A DNA stretch of 64,000 bases from Haliotis cracherodii (taxonomy: Eukaryota), in the NCBI RefSeq assembly GCF_022045235.1, contig NW_027266264.1, forward strand, positions 46,624,001-46,688,000, in the 5' to 3' direction. Shown piece by piece: positions 49,809 through 63,069 of this stretch; position 1 is the stretch's first letter; every line of letters begins with the position of its first letter. A program made the position numbers and the translations under genes. The notes under the pieces were generated by a model. The model did not search any database and was not told the origin of the DNA. It saw nothing but the letters and a program-made list of their open reading frames with translations.

Positions 49809-52800
49809 CCTACTTACAGGCCAATCAGTTGTTCCACATTGATAGTAACCTCTAGCCTGCATAATGAACATGTATGATACTGGGAAAAATGTCTACCTAC
49901 TTCTCTTCACCATAGTTAAATTAATTTTCCACAAAACCATAAGCCGAATAAAATATATATGGCGATGAATGTGTTTCTACATTAGATGAATAACACAAAG
50001 GAATTTTGGCCACAAGGCAACACTTGTAATTACATAAGTACACATTTTGATAAAGGCTTTCCTACCCCTCTTTTCACTGAGGCAGCTCAACCTATATCCA
50101 TAGGGTTCCAGTAGCCCTCGGGGATCAAGTACATGTCAGGTTCTAAAGCTTAAGTCAACACTGATGTCATAACCCTGTAGAACAAATTACATTTTACCAA
50201 ATATATGTCTAGATGATAAAAGTAAAGGTTAAGGCCAAATGAACAAGACGTATTCTACGTATCAAAATATGTTAGATTGTTTGTCTTGATTCACGACACG
50301 TATCTCGAGCTGGGTATCATAATTGCAATGTTCTTGTAAATTAGATGCTGTAAATGGATACACTACAGCCCACTATGAGAGGAGGGATACATGCAATACA
50401 TTTATGATCAAAGGATCGTCATATCTTTGTGTCGAACTATAATGAGTTATGGTGACCTGTATGTAGATTTTGAAACCAGCGACACCTGGTGATATGCTTA
50501 GTGGGATAGGTTGGGCATATGTATGTGTTGTAAGTGAATGGTCCAAAGTGACATAACCACCACATGTCGGATACGTCACGGGCCATGGAAGCGGTAATCG
50601 TATCGGGGAGACGTAGCGATTCGTTAAAAGGTTGTCTCTACACTTATTGACATCACAACAATTCAGTATCGATCATCACTGAAATAACACCCAGTCTGTG
50701 TCAGCAGTTGAGTGGTATCAAGATCCTGTACAAGTACACCTCCTACATACCCCTTTGTCTGAATAATGTACGAGAATGAATGATTAAAAGCAAATTAACA
50801 GGCCAATATATTGATATAGGTGTTGCTCAAGTTTTCATTTGTTACAAGGTATTTTCCATTTGTTGTTGTCAGTGGAATGATGCTAATAATTTAAATTATC
50901 GCTATAGAATCTATTCGTCTTCTAATATTCAAGCTATGACTTTGTATGGACGAAGGGGATATTTTAGGCTAAACATGGACATTGCAAAAGTACTCAAATG
51001 CTCAGAGAATAGTGATGTGGCATGTTGGTGAAGGATGACGCAAGTAATCGTATCGGGGAGCCTTAATGACTCAGTTAATGTGTTGTCTCTACACTTATTG
51101 ACGTCACAATAAACACACAACATCACACTTCACGGGTTGTCGGCATCGATCATTACAGAGACAACTCATCATCTGTGTCAGCGGTTCACTTAATTAAATT
51201 TAGATCCCTTCATTGAACAAATGATGTTGTACAAACTGTGAAATTGTCCCTACGTTATAGTGTATACAGTGTGTCGGAATATTTCTACTCTGTAAATAAT
51301 GAGCTAGATTAACACTTCTTTATTTAGAGGTCTATATTATTCAAAACATTTGTATGGTCATATTAATGTTGTACACCCAGGGGGAAGGGATAGCATTACA
51401 GGTAGTAATGCAACATCATTGCAGTTTTAGTTGAACAACAGATATTTCCTCATATATCGATTGCTTCTTTTATAGCACATGTGTGTATTATTGCACACCT
51501 GAAAGTGTTACAGAGATTGGCTTCTCGGAAAGTGGAATACCAGTTGATGAAACCATCTGGTAAAGGTGACAAACTACATGTGATTGTCCCCCAATGCTGT
51601 TCATTACATGGGGTTTTGCAATTATGCTAGAGGTGTTCGTGAACATGTTAGAAAAACACCACATGCTTTGATGTAGCCGCCCAGGTAACAGGATTTAAAG
51701 GAAACTGGATTAAGATTCGAAGGCCCAGCCACATATAGAAAATCTATTGTTTTATCAAATACCGATTATGACTGTTGTTCATAGCAAGTACAATATTGAT
51801 GCAGTTATTGTTTTCTTACGCTTCCTAATTCACCGTCAGTAGCACGGCCGCCCTTTATCAACTGGCTATTGACTACCTTATTTCCAAAATGGATTACTGT
51901 AAAACTGCTTTTCTCCCTTTCTATCACCCCGATACTGAAATCAGAGTAAGTACGGTGGCGACAGCGGCAGGGGACAATGCAGAGGCCAGACGCCAGAATC
52001 CAATATCACAGAAGACCGAAATATAAATCTTGTTTTATTTCTTATGTGTGACATCAACATTATTTACGGCCTCTTTAAGGATGTTCAAAAAATTGTACAA
52101 GCTTTAACAATATTAACCCAAATTTTAATAATGATCACTCCCAGAATAGAATCCGACAACGGAAATGTCGGACAAGTCCATTTTACGAACAGGTGGATTA
52201 AGTTTGTTTTTCCCCGAATATTCTCACAATCCTTACGTCGATTGTCTTCACATTTTCTCCTCATACCAATTGTCATATCTCTCCCGCTTTAGTATGCGAT
52301 CGTCCGGCCACTGCGTTTGTCTCGCAGCCCAGCTACATCTATGGGGAACAACTTGCTGGACATTTCCCTCTAAAAAATAACGTCGTCCAATATATGACGT
52401 CATCAAATTGCGAGCACATATTCAAATCTCCAGAAATGAAATAATGATCGAACAATGTTTTATCGTGAAAAATACCACTCTTCGTTCTTCATTGCCCTTT
52501 GCGATTAATCGCGTAGCTATCATATATATCCAAGAAAAATGTTTTTTGAAGTTGAATATACCATGATTAGGAATGTTTAATTCATGTTACACTAATCACT
52601 GCGGAACAGTGTACGTCGTTTGTTGGTGAGGGAGAAACAAACCAGAAGAACCCTACAGTACAGCAGGGTTAATGATAAAGCAGGCATCAACTCAGCATTG
52701 AGCGTTATCATATTTCGATAACCGAAATATAAATTGAAAAACAAAAAGGCAAACTATCATTGAGCGTAATTTGGTTTCCAATTCCAATTGTGTCCTTCAA

Positions 52801-54189
52801 ATGTGAAAGAGACCTACTAGACCTAAGTAACCCGAGGGTGGGCGTGGACTGTACTACAGATTGTTTGTAAATATGATGGCGTTTATTCATATACACATAA
52901 CTACCATATTTTAATCACCTATTTTGACTGAATAAATTTATCATATCCCATACACTGAACAACACACACACACTGAAGTATCATAGTATTACATGGTCAA
53001 AGAACACTACAATGACATCTACGAAACACAAGCCGGGCAAACAAACTACATCACAGAGTGTTCGTAAGACACTGAAAAACTTCAATTAATTAGATACACA
53101 TCTCACCTTCCATGATTTCACAGACGCTACACTATTGCTGTGAAATCCCAGATAGTAATGCCTTACAGACGGCAGTTTCCAGATTGTGAATCTCATTGTG
53201 CTTGACGTGCTGTCAAGCTGTAAATATCCATGTCATGTTCTTGAATTTGTTAGAATTAAGACAATATGCCGCTACAGCCATTTTCCAATTTGAAATCCAT
53301 TAAAATTGACTGAAGTCCTTTTCCTGTTAGAATTTCTTTTTTAAATATTGAAAATTCTATTTTAAATGTCTGTATATATCTGTAGACAACTTACATGTGA
53401 TTTTATGTGAATGCATTATGTAGTTGTTACTGTCAATTAATTTGCTTAATAACATTGAACACAAAGTACTGACACAAGCAGATGAATGGCCGGTCACATT
53501 TTTTGGACGAAACATTTGAAGAATTGCAAGACGAATGTTACACAGTTTCGCCGGAGCTAGAATCATGTAAGCCGGTCAAGCAAAAGTAATAGTCTGTGAC
53601 CAGTCACTGTAAGGTCATTGTCGTGGGCTAAAGTCTAGTATAAATATTGAATCAGCCAGCGGTATTCACGTAACAATCGCCAGGTGTCGCTTCTGCAGAC
53701 TGTTTCCTTGATGCCAGATCATGATGTAGGTTCGTCGAGTTACTACACAGCTGTAGGAATCTGTGTAGCTCGTAGATGTAGCTACTACCAATACCACTAA
53801 TGACGAATACGTTTCATTGACAGACAGGCATGTCTAACCAACCTACCCGACAAGACCTTACTTAACAGGGATTAAAAACGATTGAGTGATCACATATATA
53901 TATATAAAATGTACTTTTTTCTATTTACATATTATCGAGTGATCACACATTTCTGTTCATAAACGGGACAAACATTCAATAACACTAGGTGTGTATATGT
54001 GGTTGTATACAGTGTCTCAATTCACTTGTCACAATAGTCAATACGTAAAGGTTCAATATCAACTGATAGTTAATGGTATATGTTGCTATTTGCGTCGATT
54101 CTGTAGCACCCGGGTGAAAACGTACATATGGATAGAATTGCTCAGAGGAACTTCGAAGTCCTATCGAAACTGGGAGTGGCCTCACCCAG

Positions 54190-54622
54190 GGGCCAGCTTC
54201 CCGGGGGAGAGCTGGAGACAGTGGAGCCGGTCAGAGAACGTGTGATGCTGCTGAGACGTTGTAGTAGCCGGCTGTACGAGGAGGGTTAGACTAACATTTA
54301 GTCTCTGAAATCTTGTATTACACAATATCCGTCTTGACTCTAAAAATAAAACAATATTTCCCTATGCTGTGGAATAGAGCTAGCTACAGCTGGCTAGACT
54401 TGCTTTTGTATGCGTTTCTAGATTTATTTATTTTTCATAGAATTAGACCCTGGGGTAAGGAGCTGAGACTCGGGGGTTGAAACTTGTGTAATGAGATGGA
54501 CCTCCATACAACCCCCATAACTGTCCGTAGGGACTGGTAGGATGGAATGAAGGATCTTCTCGACGTTGTTTTTGTGCCGACGGAGGAAACTGCCGTTACC
54601 GAACATTTCCCCACAAGATGGA
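54190..54622 (-). pseudogene. Truncated FoxAB-like pseudogene fragment
   Basis: Holds only the end of the forkhead box ([10 protein letters not shown]), followed by a 19-nt frameshifting deletion relative to copy C. Then the EDPSFH..SPYG segment, a replaced internal segment (~54283-54445), and the TAGYYN..LTGS..SSSPPGS segment (54190-54280). Confidence 0.85.
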
Positions 54623-55035
54623 CTTGTTCAATAACTAACACTCTAGTAATACAGTGTGCGATTCATTTAGGACATTAATAAATAAAGAATTTAAGTCTGA
54701 ATAAATTGTGCTGTAAACATACATTCCTGATTTGTGTAAAAAAACATATAAAGATAAATCAGTTGCTGATAAAAATTCTCAATTCCGAAAACACTATAAA
54801 ATCGTTTGATATTTTCTGGAGCAATGTATTTTCTGTAAGGTGGTAATGTTCAACAAATTCACGTGACTAAGTCATATATGTAAGACAAACTGTACAAATG
54901 ACCATACGGCCTGAAATACTGAATATCATAATTGTGTCTAATACATATTTATACACACATGAAGTTTACTATCGTATGTCATCTAATTAAACATGATCGG
55001 CGATCGAATGGTTAATGTCACTGGTCAACGTCTTC

Positions 55036-55690
55036 ATTACTTACTTACTTACTTACTTACTTTGGAGATTTAACGTGCGCTTTCCGACTGATGCGTATTT
55101 CGCACACGGGCCCGGCCAGGCCATTTAATGTGTTTCCGAAAGGGGCGAGGGTGGTCTGTGCAACCCAAGAGGGGGCTTTAGGGGTTGCTTATATAGAATT
55201 TGGGAATTTTGAGATTTGGAATAGATGCTGATGGGGTTGGGGAGGAGAACTAAGGGAGCTGGGTATGGTGGATGATTGTTTGTTTATGTGATTTTGATTT
55301 GGTAGGTTATTATGGTTTTAGATGCGTTTTATTAGTTCCGTTTTGATTAAGAATACGCCTAAGGCCTTGAAGTTTTCTAGTTTATTTTGTGGGTTTAGTA
55401 TTGCTTCTAGAGTGAGAGCCTTGTTTAGATTGAGGGTGGTTTGTAATGCGGTTCGATGTGTTAGGTAGTGTGTGCAGTGGATGAGTGCGTGTTCTGGGGT
55501 TTCTGGTTGTTTGCAGTGTGGGCAGTTACCTGTAGTGTGTTTTTTAAATTTTTTTAGGTGGTTATTTAGGTTGGTGTGTCCTGTTTGGAGTTTAGTGATT
55601 ACTCTGTCGATTTTTTTTGATGGATGGAGAATTTTTGGTTTGGTTAGTGGTTTGCTGAGCACTCTTTTGATTTTGCTATTTGAGTTTAGA
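55036..55690 (-). mobile_element. 5'-truncated LINE (I/Nimb-like) 3' end
   Basis: KLQTGHTNLN.HL...CPHCKQPETPEHALIHC zinc knuckle, 3' UTR and (TAAG)n tail at 55036-55062. Confidence 0.75.
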
Positions 55691-56284
55691 TATACGTCTT
55701 CATACGCATTTGTACATAAAGGACACCCTCTTGCTGTATCAAAGAATTGAAATCTTAACGTGAGTTTGTTTCGTTTGATATTTACACATCAAATTGAGAA
55801 GACTTGTTTCCACTTGATTACCTTCCCGAAATGAACAAAGTCACCACGTGATGATCAATATCAGACACAGCACGTTAAAGTCTATTATTTATCTATTGCC
55901 AAGTCCTTGTTTCTTGTCGGCTCAAGCATCAAAGTGAAGGTGTCTTGCTCCCCAGCATATACAGACACCCTCCCGTGATACTCCGGTAAAGCAACAAGCA
56001 GCTTAGTGTAATCCGACCACACTACATGAAAACCAAAACCAAAATAGTGATAATCTGTTGTTTACTTTAAGTGACGAGGATCTTAAGTCACCTTTGGTGT
56101 AGGACGAACTCAATAGTTTATATGTCTTTAAATAATATACATTTTCGAAATAGTTTAAGTGCAATACTTTTTAAGATGTTTACAAGACGGCAAACAATGT
56201 CACAACATATTTGTTGTTATAAGTTACTACATGTGTGTTGATGCGTTCTATATGTGTATATACGGCAAGAAGTGACTGGATTCA

Positions 56285-56449
56285 NNNNNNNNNNNNNNNN
56301 NNNNNNNNNNNNNNNNNNNNNNNNNNNNNNNNNNNNNNNNNNNNNNNNNNNNNNNNNNNNNNNNNNNNNNNNNNNNNNNNNNNNNNNNNNNNNNNNNNNN
56401 NNNNNNNNNNNNNNNNNNNNNNNNNNNNNNNNNNNNNNNNNNNNNNNNN
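56285..56449. other. Assembly gap (N run)
   Basis: Run of Ns. Confidence 1.
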
Positions 56450-56525
56450 TAGGTAATCCTCGTGAAATAGCGAAATAAGCTATACTGAAACCTGCTGATG
56501 TCTTTTTGTCAGTCCAGTGGTCATA

Positions 56526-56698
56526 GGATCTGTGCACACAGGAGCGTATACCTGATCTTTGTAAAATGACAACATTGAGGGATCTGTGCACACAGGAGCG
56601 TATACCTGATCTTTGTAAAATGACAACATTGAGGGATCTGTGCACACAGGAGCGTATACCTGATCTTTGTAAAATGACAACATTGAGGGATCTTTGCA
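56526..56698. repeat. 54-bp perfect tandem repeat, 3 copies plus a partial
   Basis: Direct reading; close to an assembly gap. Confidence 0.9.
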
Positions 56699-57228
56699 CG
56701 CGACCAAGTATTCTAATACTATTTCACAGTAAATCTAGATTAAAATTACACCTTAACTGGATTATAGCAACTTTATTGAAATTTCTTCCATGACCAAATC
56801 AACTAAGTGTGAAGTGTATCAGTTTCTGTGGCTGTGTTCTGATCGTTTGGTTCTGGCTTGATGCAGCGTCTAATGTAAATGTGCATGGTACATGGCATGT
56901 GTGTGAAACGGACATAGCCATACAACAGACATAGTTTCAGTGAAGGTGTCAGGAGGTAGCCACGAGAATGTAGTGTTGAGAGCTTGGGTTTACATGCGTT
57001 TACATACACGCTAGATGTTTACAGCCAAACACCATCGCTGATTCCATACCCTCGCAATTACATTCAACGCGTGAAAAGAAACTTCATTTGCTGCAATCTA
57101 GGTTATGACGTCGCTCGATGGAGATCAACTTATTATTGGATACACTGACCAGCACGTCAGAGAAAAAAGACATCTTTCATGACATGTTAAAGATATGGCA
57201 AAATAAACTCCAATGCCTTGTGGATATA

Positions 57229-58713
57229 TACTGAACCAAATTAAAAACTTCACAATCCTAAAATTTTAACATTTTGACCACTTATCATTGTGGGCCCTTA
57301 TTGTGTATTTAAACAGTCATGGCCACGTATTGTCTTCAGATAACACCAGTGTTTGTGCAGGTGAATCGATCAAAATCATGTGCACAGCACTATAGTGGCA
57401 AAAGTGGTTTTTCACGTGCAACTGGTCACGTGGCCATAATACCGCACGTGTTTTCAGCCATACTTGTTAGCAGTCATTAACAAAAAAAGAAAAACACAAG
57501 AAAACAAAAGTCTTTACGGCCATTTGTCATGCCACGCCTTTCAAAAGTGCAACGTGAACGTGCCATCGGCATGTTGCAGACGAGAACGTCCGTAGCTGAA
57601 GTCGCAAGGACGATGGGTTGTAGTCGACGGACTGTTTATGATTTACAGACGCCTCTACAGCAAACGGGTACCACCGCTGATCGCCCTCGGCCAGGTCGAC
57701 CACGTGTGACGTCACATGCAGAGGATCTTCAGATTGTCTTACGTCACCTCCGTAACCGATTTTTGACGGCTACATCAACCAGAAATGAACTGTTTAGGGG
57801 TAGAATGAGTGCGCAAACTGTTCGAAACCGTCTGAGAACTGCTCACCTTCAAGCACGACGGCCATACTGCGAGCCGATTCTGACTCAATTACACAGACGT
57901 CAACGTCAATTGTGGGCACAGCGACACTTACGATGGACTCAGAGGAATTGGAATCAAGTCGTCTTCAGTGATGAATCCCGATTTGCTGATGGTAGGGCGA
58001 GGGTGTGGAGGCGCCGTCATGAACGTTACGCCCAGTGTTGTGTACAGGAAGTTGACAGATTTCGAGGCGGAAGTGTCATGGTGTGGGGTGCTTTCTGTGG
58101 CAATGCACGTTCCAGGCTTGTTGTCATCCGTGGCAACCTCAACGCAGAACTGCCTTTTATGGCAGCACATGGACCCGGTTTGATCTTCCAACACGACAAT
58201 GCCAGACCCCACACAGCAATTTTGACAAGGAATTTCCTTCAGAATGAGTCAACGTCATGGACTGGCCGTCAAGGTCTCCCGACCTCAATCCCATCGAACA
58301 CGTCTGGGATGCTCTTAGCAGAAGTCTGCGCACTCTCCAGAACCAACCACAGAATTTGCAAGATCTTGGCACCATTTTGCAGCAACAATGGCGTCGTCTT
58401 CCCAATCATGTGTTCACAAGCATCACAAGGTCCATGCGGAGGCGTTGTGTGGCAGTTGTAAACGCACATGGTGGCCATACATGCTACTGAACTTGTGTGC
58501 CATCAGATTCTCGTGCTTGGGACTTATGGTTTAAACTGTTGATGTTATAACCGAATACCGAAGGTGCTTGGAACAAATTATGGTTACCACCGTTAATTAA
58601 AATCCTTCTTTGGACATTAATGATTAAAAATTACCTTCTCTGATACATTTGTCCGTTGTATATCATATATTGGATTACTTTTAAAAATGTGAAGATTTTA
58701 ATTTGACTCAGTA
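57229..58713 (+). mobile_element. Tc1/mariner DNA transposon, frameshifted transposase (57529-58490)
   Basis: TA TSDs; ~26-bp imperfect TIRs (tactgaaccaaattaaaaacttcaca / tgtgaagattttaatttgactcagta); HTH, FSDESRF, VMVWGAF, FQHDNARPH, and WPSRSPDLNPIEHVW in a shifted frame. Confidence 0.92.
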
Positions 58714-58889
58714 TATGTTCAATAATAAAATTCACGGAAGACATGGTGTGATTAGCCACTGCTCGACGACGAACACATGGAGATATAATAATGTATGTAC
58801 AAGATAATATTCCTGTAGTAGTTACTGTAGACACCGGTCTGCTGTGAATTTTATGATATCCTACAACCTATTGGGTCTCTAATATCTAC

Positions 58890-59575
58890 CATACCGAGGA
58901 CGGAATATTAAAGATATGATAACATGATGTTTGAGCCATACCGAGGAGGGAATATTGAAGCTATTATAACATGATGTTTCAGCACTACCGAGGAGGGAAT
59001 ATTGAAGGTATGATAACTTGATGTTTGAGCCATACCGAGGAGGGAATATTGAAGCTATTATAACATGATGTTTCAGCACTACCGAGGAGGGAATATTGAA
59101 GATATCATAACATGATGTTTGAGCCATACCGAGGAGGGAATATTGAAGCTAGTATAACATGATGTTTCAGCACTACCGAGGACGGAATATTGAAGCTATT
59201 ATAACATGATGTTTCAACACTAGCGAGGAGGGAATATTGAAGCTATTATAACATGATGTTTGAGCCAAAACCGAGGAGGGAATATTGAAGCTATTATAAC
59301 ATAATGTTTCAGCACTACCGAGGAGGGAATATTGAAGCTATGATAACATGATGTTTGAGCCATACCCAGTAGGGAATATTGAAGCAATTATATCATGAAT
59401 TGTTAGCCATACCGAGGAGGGAATATTGAAGCTATTTTAACATGACGTTGAGCCATACCGAGGAGGCAATATTGAAGCTATCATCACATGATGTTGAGCC
59501 ATACCGAGGAGGGAATATTGAAGCTATTATAACATGATGTTTCAGCCATACCGAGGAGGCAATATTGAAGCTTTA
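58890..59575. repeat. About 47-bp minisatellite (TACCGAGGAGGGAATATTGAAGCTATTATAACATGATGTTT...), about 14-15 copies
   Basis: Direct reading; unit ends alternate between GAGCCA and CAGCAC. Confidence 0.95.
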
Positions 59576-60015
59576 AAGTGGGTAGTTTCAGCGCATGGAG
59601 AACACACACACGTACAACATCCAGCAGTGGGAGATAACACGCTGAACAAATTGAGATGCCATGATGATGTACAAAAATGACATCGAGATATGTTTCACAA
59701 AATAGTACTTAAGTTACAACACCACTACACAAGAATAGACAATTCTGTGATAAAGCATATTTATTTTTGAATGTATATTATACATATATAACAATAATTA
59801 TATAACTTATATCAAAGCATGAAAGAGTACATTTACAATTCAAGTCACTTGTGATATATGCATAGACATCAGTCGTTGCTGTGTCAACCAAGTTTATGTA
59901 TATTATGATTATATAGTGGCGTACCTGTACGCCTTTTACATCAATGACAAGCAATTTGATAGCACTATTATCGATGTTTTTGATCCTGAGATGATATGAT
60001 TCTCAGCCAATGCCT

Positions 60016-61122
60016 TCACTTTGACATACCATATGAATACATAGGCTGTGAAGCTCCTGTGAATGACTGACACAACTGAGGATAGGAATAATTATATAAA
60101 TTTTGGATAGCACTCGAGCTCGGTGATGACACTTGTGGCATATATGTCCCAGCTAGAGGCGAGCTTCCCGACTGGGCAGACAGCATATGTGGTATGTGAG
60201 GTCCTGGTGGAGAGCTGGAGAGAGGGGAGCCGGTCAGGGAGCTGTTAATGCTACTGGCGTTGTAGTAGCCGGCTGTAGGAGAGTAGACGCTAGGAGTTCC
60301 CAAAGTCCAGGTACTTGGGTCAGACGTGCCTGCTGTGTTGGGTGTGTGTGTCTGGGTCAGTCTCTGGGGTAAGGGGCTAAGATTCAGGTTGAAACCTTGG
60401 TAGGGGGACGGGCCCCCATAAAGACCAAACTGTCCGTATGATGTGAACCGCTGAATCAGTGCGTCGTCTTGTCGCTGTTTGTGTCCTGACTTGAAACGTT
60501 TAGAACGACGAAGGAAACTGCCGTTACCGAACATGTCCCCACAAGAAGGATGCAGGGCCCACAGGTTACCCTTGCCTGGTTTCCCCGGGGGTCGGGGCAC
60601 CTTGACGAAACAGTCATTGAGGGAGAGGTTGTGTCTGATGGAGTTTTGCCATCTCTGTCGGTTGTCTTCGTAGTAAGGGAATCTCTTGACGATGTAGTTG
60701 TAGATGTCGTTGAGAGTCATCATGCCTGTTGTGGAACTCTCGACGGCCATGGTGATGAGGGCTACGTAGGAATAGGGAGGTTTCTTGTTGGAAAACTGCC
60801 TGCTTTGTTTTGAGAGAGTTGATGTTCCCGAGACAGTGTCAATGAGTAGTTCGTCATTGCTGTCCTTATCTGTACACGGTGACGATGATGGTGAAGGCAG
60901 AGGGACGTTATCGGGCAATTCTGCCTGTTGTCGATCTGTTTCTCCGAGGAACATGTCATCTATTCTGTTCGGCGTTCCTGGGGGCGCAGTTGTCTCCCTT
61001 GTGAGTGCCACTCTTGAAAATGTTTGAGGCAACATGTACGACGGCAACACTGGTGTCTCACCCTGCATCACAGCATCCCCAGTCACGTTGCCATACGGAG
61101 ATACACTTGTATGATTCAACAT
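60016..61122 (-). CDS. foxAB: Forkhead transcription factor, FoxAB-like (copy D), intronless, 368 aa
   Basis: Same forkhead domain (NRQRWQ variant), unique N-terminus, shared [23 protein letters not shown] block. Confidence 0.85.
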   Translation of the reverse strand: MLNHTSVSPYGNVTGDAVMQGETPVLPSYMLPQTFSRVALTRETTAPPGTPNRIDDMFLGETDRQQAELPDNVPLPSPSSSPCTDKDSNDELLIDTVSGTSTLSKQSRQFSNKKPPYSYVALITMAVESSTTGMMTLNDIYNYIVKRFPYYEDNRQRWQNSIRHNLSLNDCFVKVPRPPGKPGKGNLWALHPSCGDMFGNGSFLRRSKRFKSGHKQRQDDALIQRFTSYGQFGLYGGPSPYQGFNLNLSPLPQRLTQTHTPNTAGTSDPSTWTLGTPSVYSPTAGYYNASSINSSLTGSPLSSSPPGPHIPHMLSAQSGSSPLAGTYMPQVSSPSSSAIQNLYNYSYPQLCQSFTGASQPMYSYGMSK

Positions 61123-61197
61123 TGCGTAAGTGACGGTTCTGCAGCGGTTTAACTGAGAAGGTACAGGAATGTATACCGTCGTTACTCCATCCTTAGG

Positions 61198-61360
61198 TTT
61201 ATATCACCGCAAAGATTATCCCCCTTAATACAGACAGCTTTGTCTCTTGATTTGTCAGCCATTGTTGGGTAATTTGTAATGGGTGACGTTCACAAGAAGG
61301 CGTGATATCTTTAATTGGCCGTTCACTCCTATTGGCGACCAGATCTGAAGCTCCGCCCAC
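61198..61360 (-). promoter_or_regulatory. FoxAB copy D core promoter
   Basis: TATAAA 61198-61204, TTATCCCCC 61216-61224, CCAAT 61331-61335, GGGCGG ~61353-61358. Confidence 0.65.
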
Positions 61361-61766
61361 CATTGTTCATACCATTAAACCACTCCTGCTTGGGAAGCGC
61401 TTTTAAATAGATCGTTAATCCAATTTGATTTCCAAAGTTTTTTTATGTATATCAAAGTCGATTTCTGTCTGTAAAATAGTTTTAAAATAAAAAAATACGA
61501 TCAGGAACGCGGGTATTTTCATGCACACTTAAAGACATAGTATATATAAAGCGTGGAACAAGAGCAGTTCTAGTGATGTTAGTGATGTAATAAGTTACTA
61601 CATGTATGGTCAGTGTCATGTACATATGAAGCATGTGCTATAAAGACATCGTACTCCCAGGCTATCACATCAGGGTATCAAATCAAGTCGTACATAAAAA
61701 CGACAAAACCCTTTTCATTTTCGCAATATATCTCTGGTAAAAACAGAGAAGCTTGTACGGTTCCGA

Positions 61767-62015
61767 CTATATCATGAGCATATGTTTGTGAAACTCCATC
61801 ACCATAAAACGTTTTGAAATCTTTACTGATGCCTTAAACGTTGTAAGTTTGATCAAACAACTTTTGAGTCGTAAGACGCTCTTTGAAATCTTCATACAAA
61901 GATCATGTTCGATTGTACCTAAATGTTGTGAAATGTACACACCAAAGGCTGGAGCTGCCGGGATATTACTCGAACAGAAAGGAAAGGTTGACTTCTGGAA
62001 AGATGAAGTCATTCA
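61767..62015 (-). mobile_element. Penelope-like retroelement RT C-terminal remnant
   Basis: FPFCSSNIPAAPAFGVYISQ motif. Confidence 0.6.
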
Positions 62016-62611
62016 TCTTGTCACTCTGACACATACAAAAACATACTTTTGTCAGTAGGAATTGTACACATTTCTTCTTGTGAAAACTATCAAAAACGTG
62101 TAGAAAACACCAACGGTTACATATGTTAGTTGGGGTATGTGTGGACTTTACGAGCAAAATAGAACAAAGAATTTACAAAGTATATTTGACTAGAAATAAC
62201 ATATTACAAAAGAATGGATCAAACGGGGACATTTAGTGAATTTAATTCCCCTCCACAAACAAGTAGCTGCTGATAACTGTGGTTGACTGACAACGAATTG
62301 CCATTATCATGCAAAAATAGAATGCTTCGGTAAATATTCCAAGCACGATAAAGCCATTTCCACCATATTTCAATCCAATTTCTACCCTTCGTGTATAAGC
62401 ATAAGAATCGTCCAAAGATAAGATTTTAATTTCAAGATATTGTCGAACCTATTGTTCATTTCAGTGCATTTTAAATACGTTAAATTCGGAAATTGTGTAT
62501 AGTCTTAGTTCTTTCATAGATGCATGCAATTCTACAAAATACAGTTACTCATTAGCTGAAGGTGTATCTATCAGTTCCAGTTAAATTTTTCTGACTATCA
62601 TGCACAAATAG

Positions 62612-62764
62612 GTGAGGTGCGATGAAATTAGGTTTAATGTAGTGTCCAAGATTATTGCACTTATATAGCGACATGCATGCACGTGTGTGTGTGTTTGTGT
62701 TTTTTTTTGTGTGTGTGTGTTTTGTGTGTGTGTTTTTTTTGGTGTGTTTTGTGTTTTGTGTGTG

Positions 62765-62845
<81 letters not shown>

Positions 62846-63069
62846 TGCTTGTACTAGTCCGGACTGATGCCGATTTATAGTACTAGCTCACTGAGATACC
62901 ATGCCGCAGTTTAACATGAATACCCCACTCAGACACAGTATGAGCCGATCAGTCCTTGTTTTAGCCCCGTGATGCCGAGCCCCTGGCAGGGTAACAACAA
63001 GTACCATCTTTTAACGTCTTTCCGTATGACGCGGCCGAACGCTCTACCACAAGACCACGGAGGCGGTCC
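62612..63069 (-). mobile_element. tRNA-derived SINE (family 1) with expanded (GT)n microsatellite and TSD
   Basis: TSD tgcacaaatag at 62601-62611 and 63070-63080. Confidence 0.9.

Noticed and set aside
53430-53660. Possible further CNE1-like element (TAAATATTGAATC)
   Set aside because: Only a short match; no convincing flanking similarity by eye.
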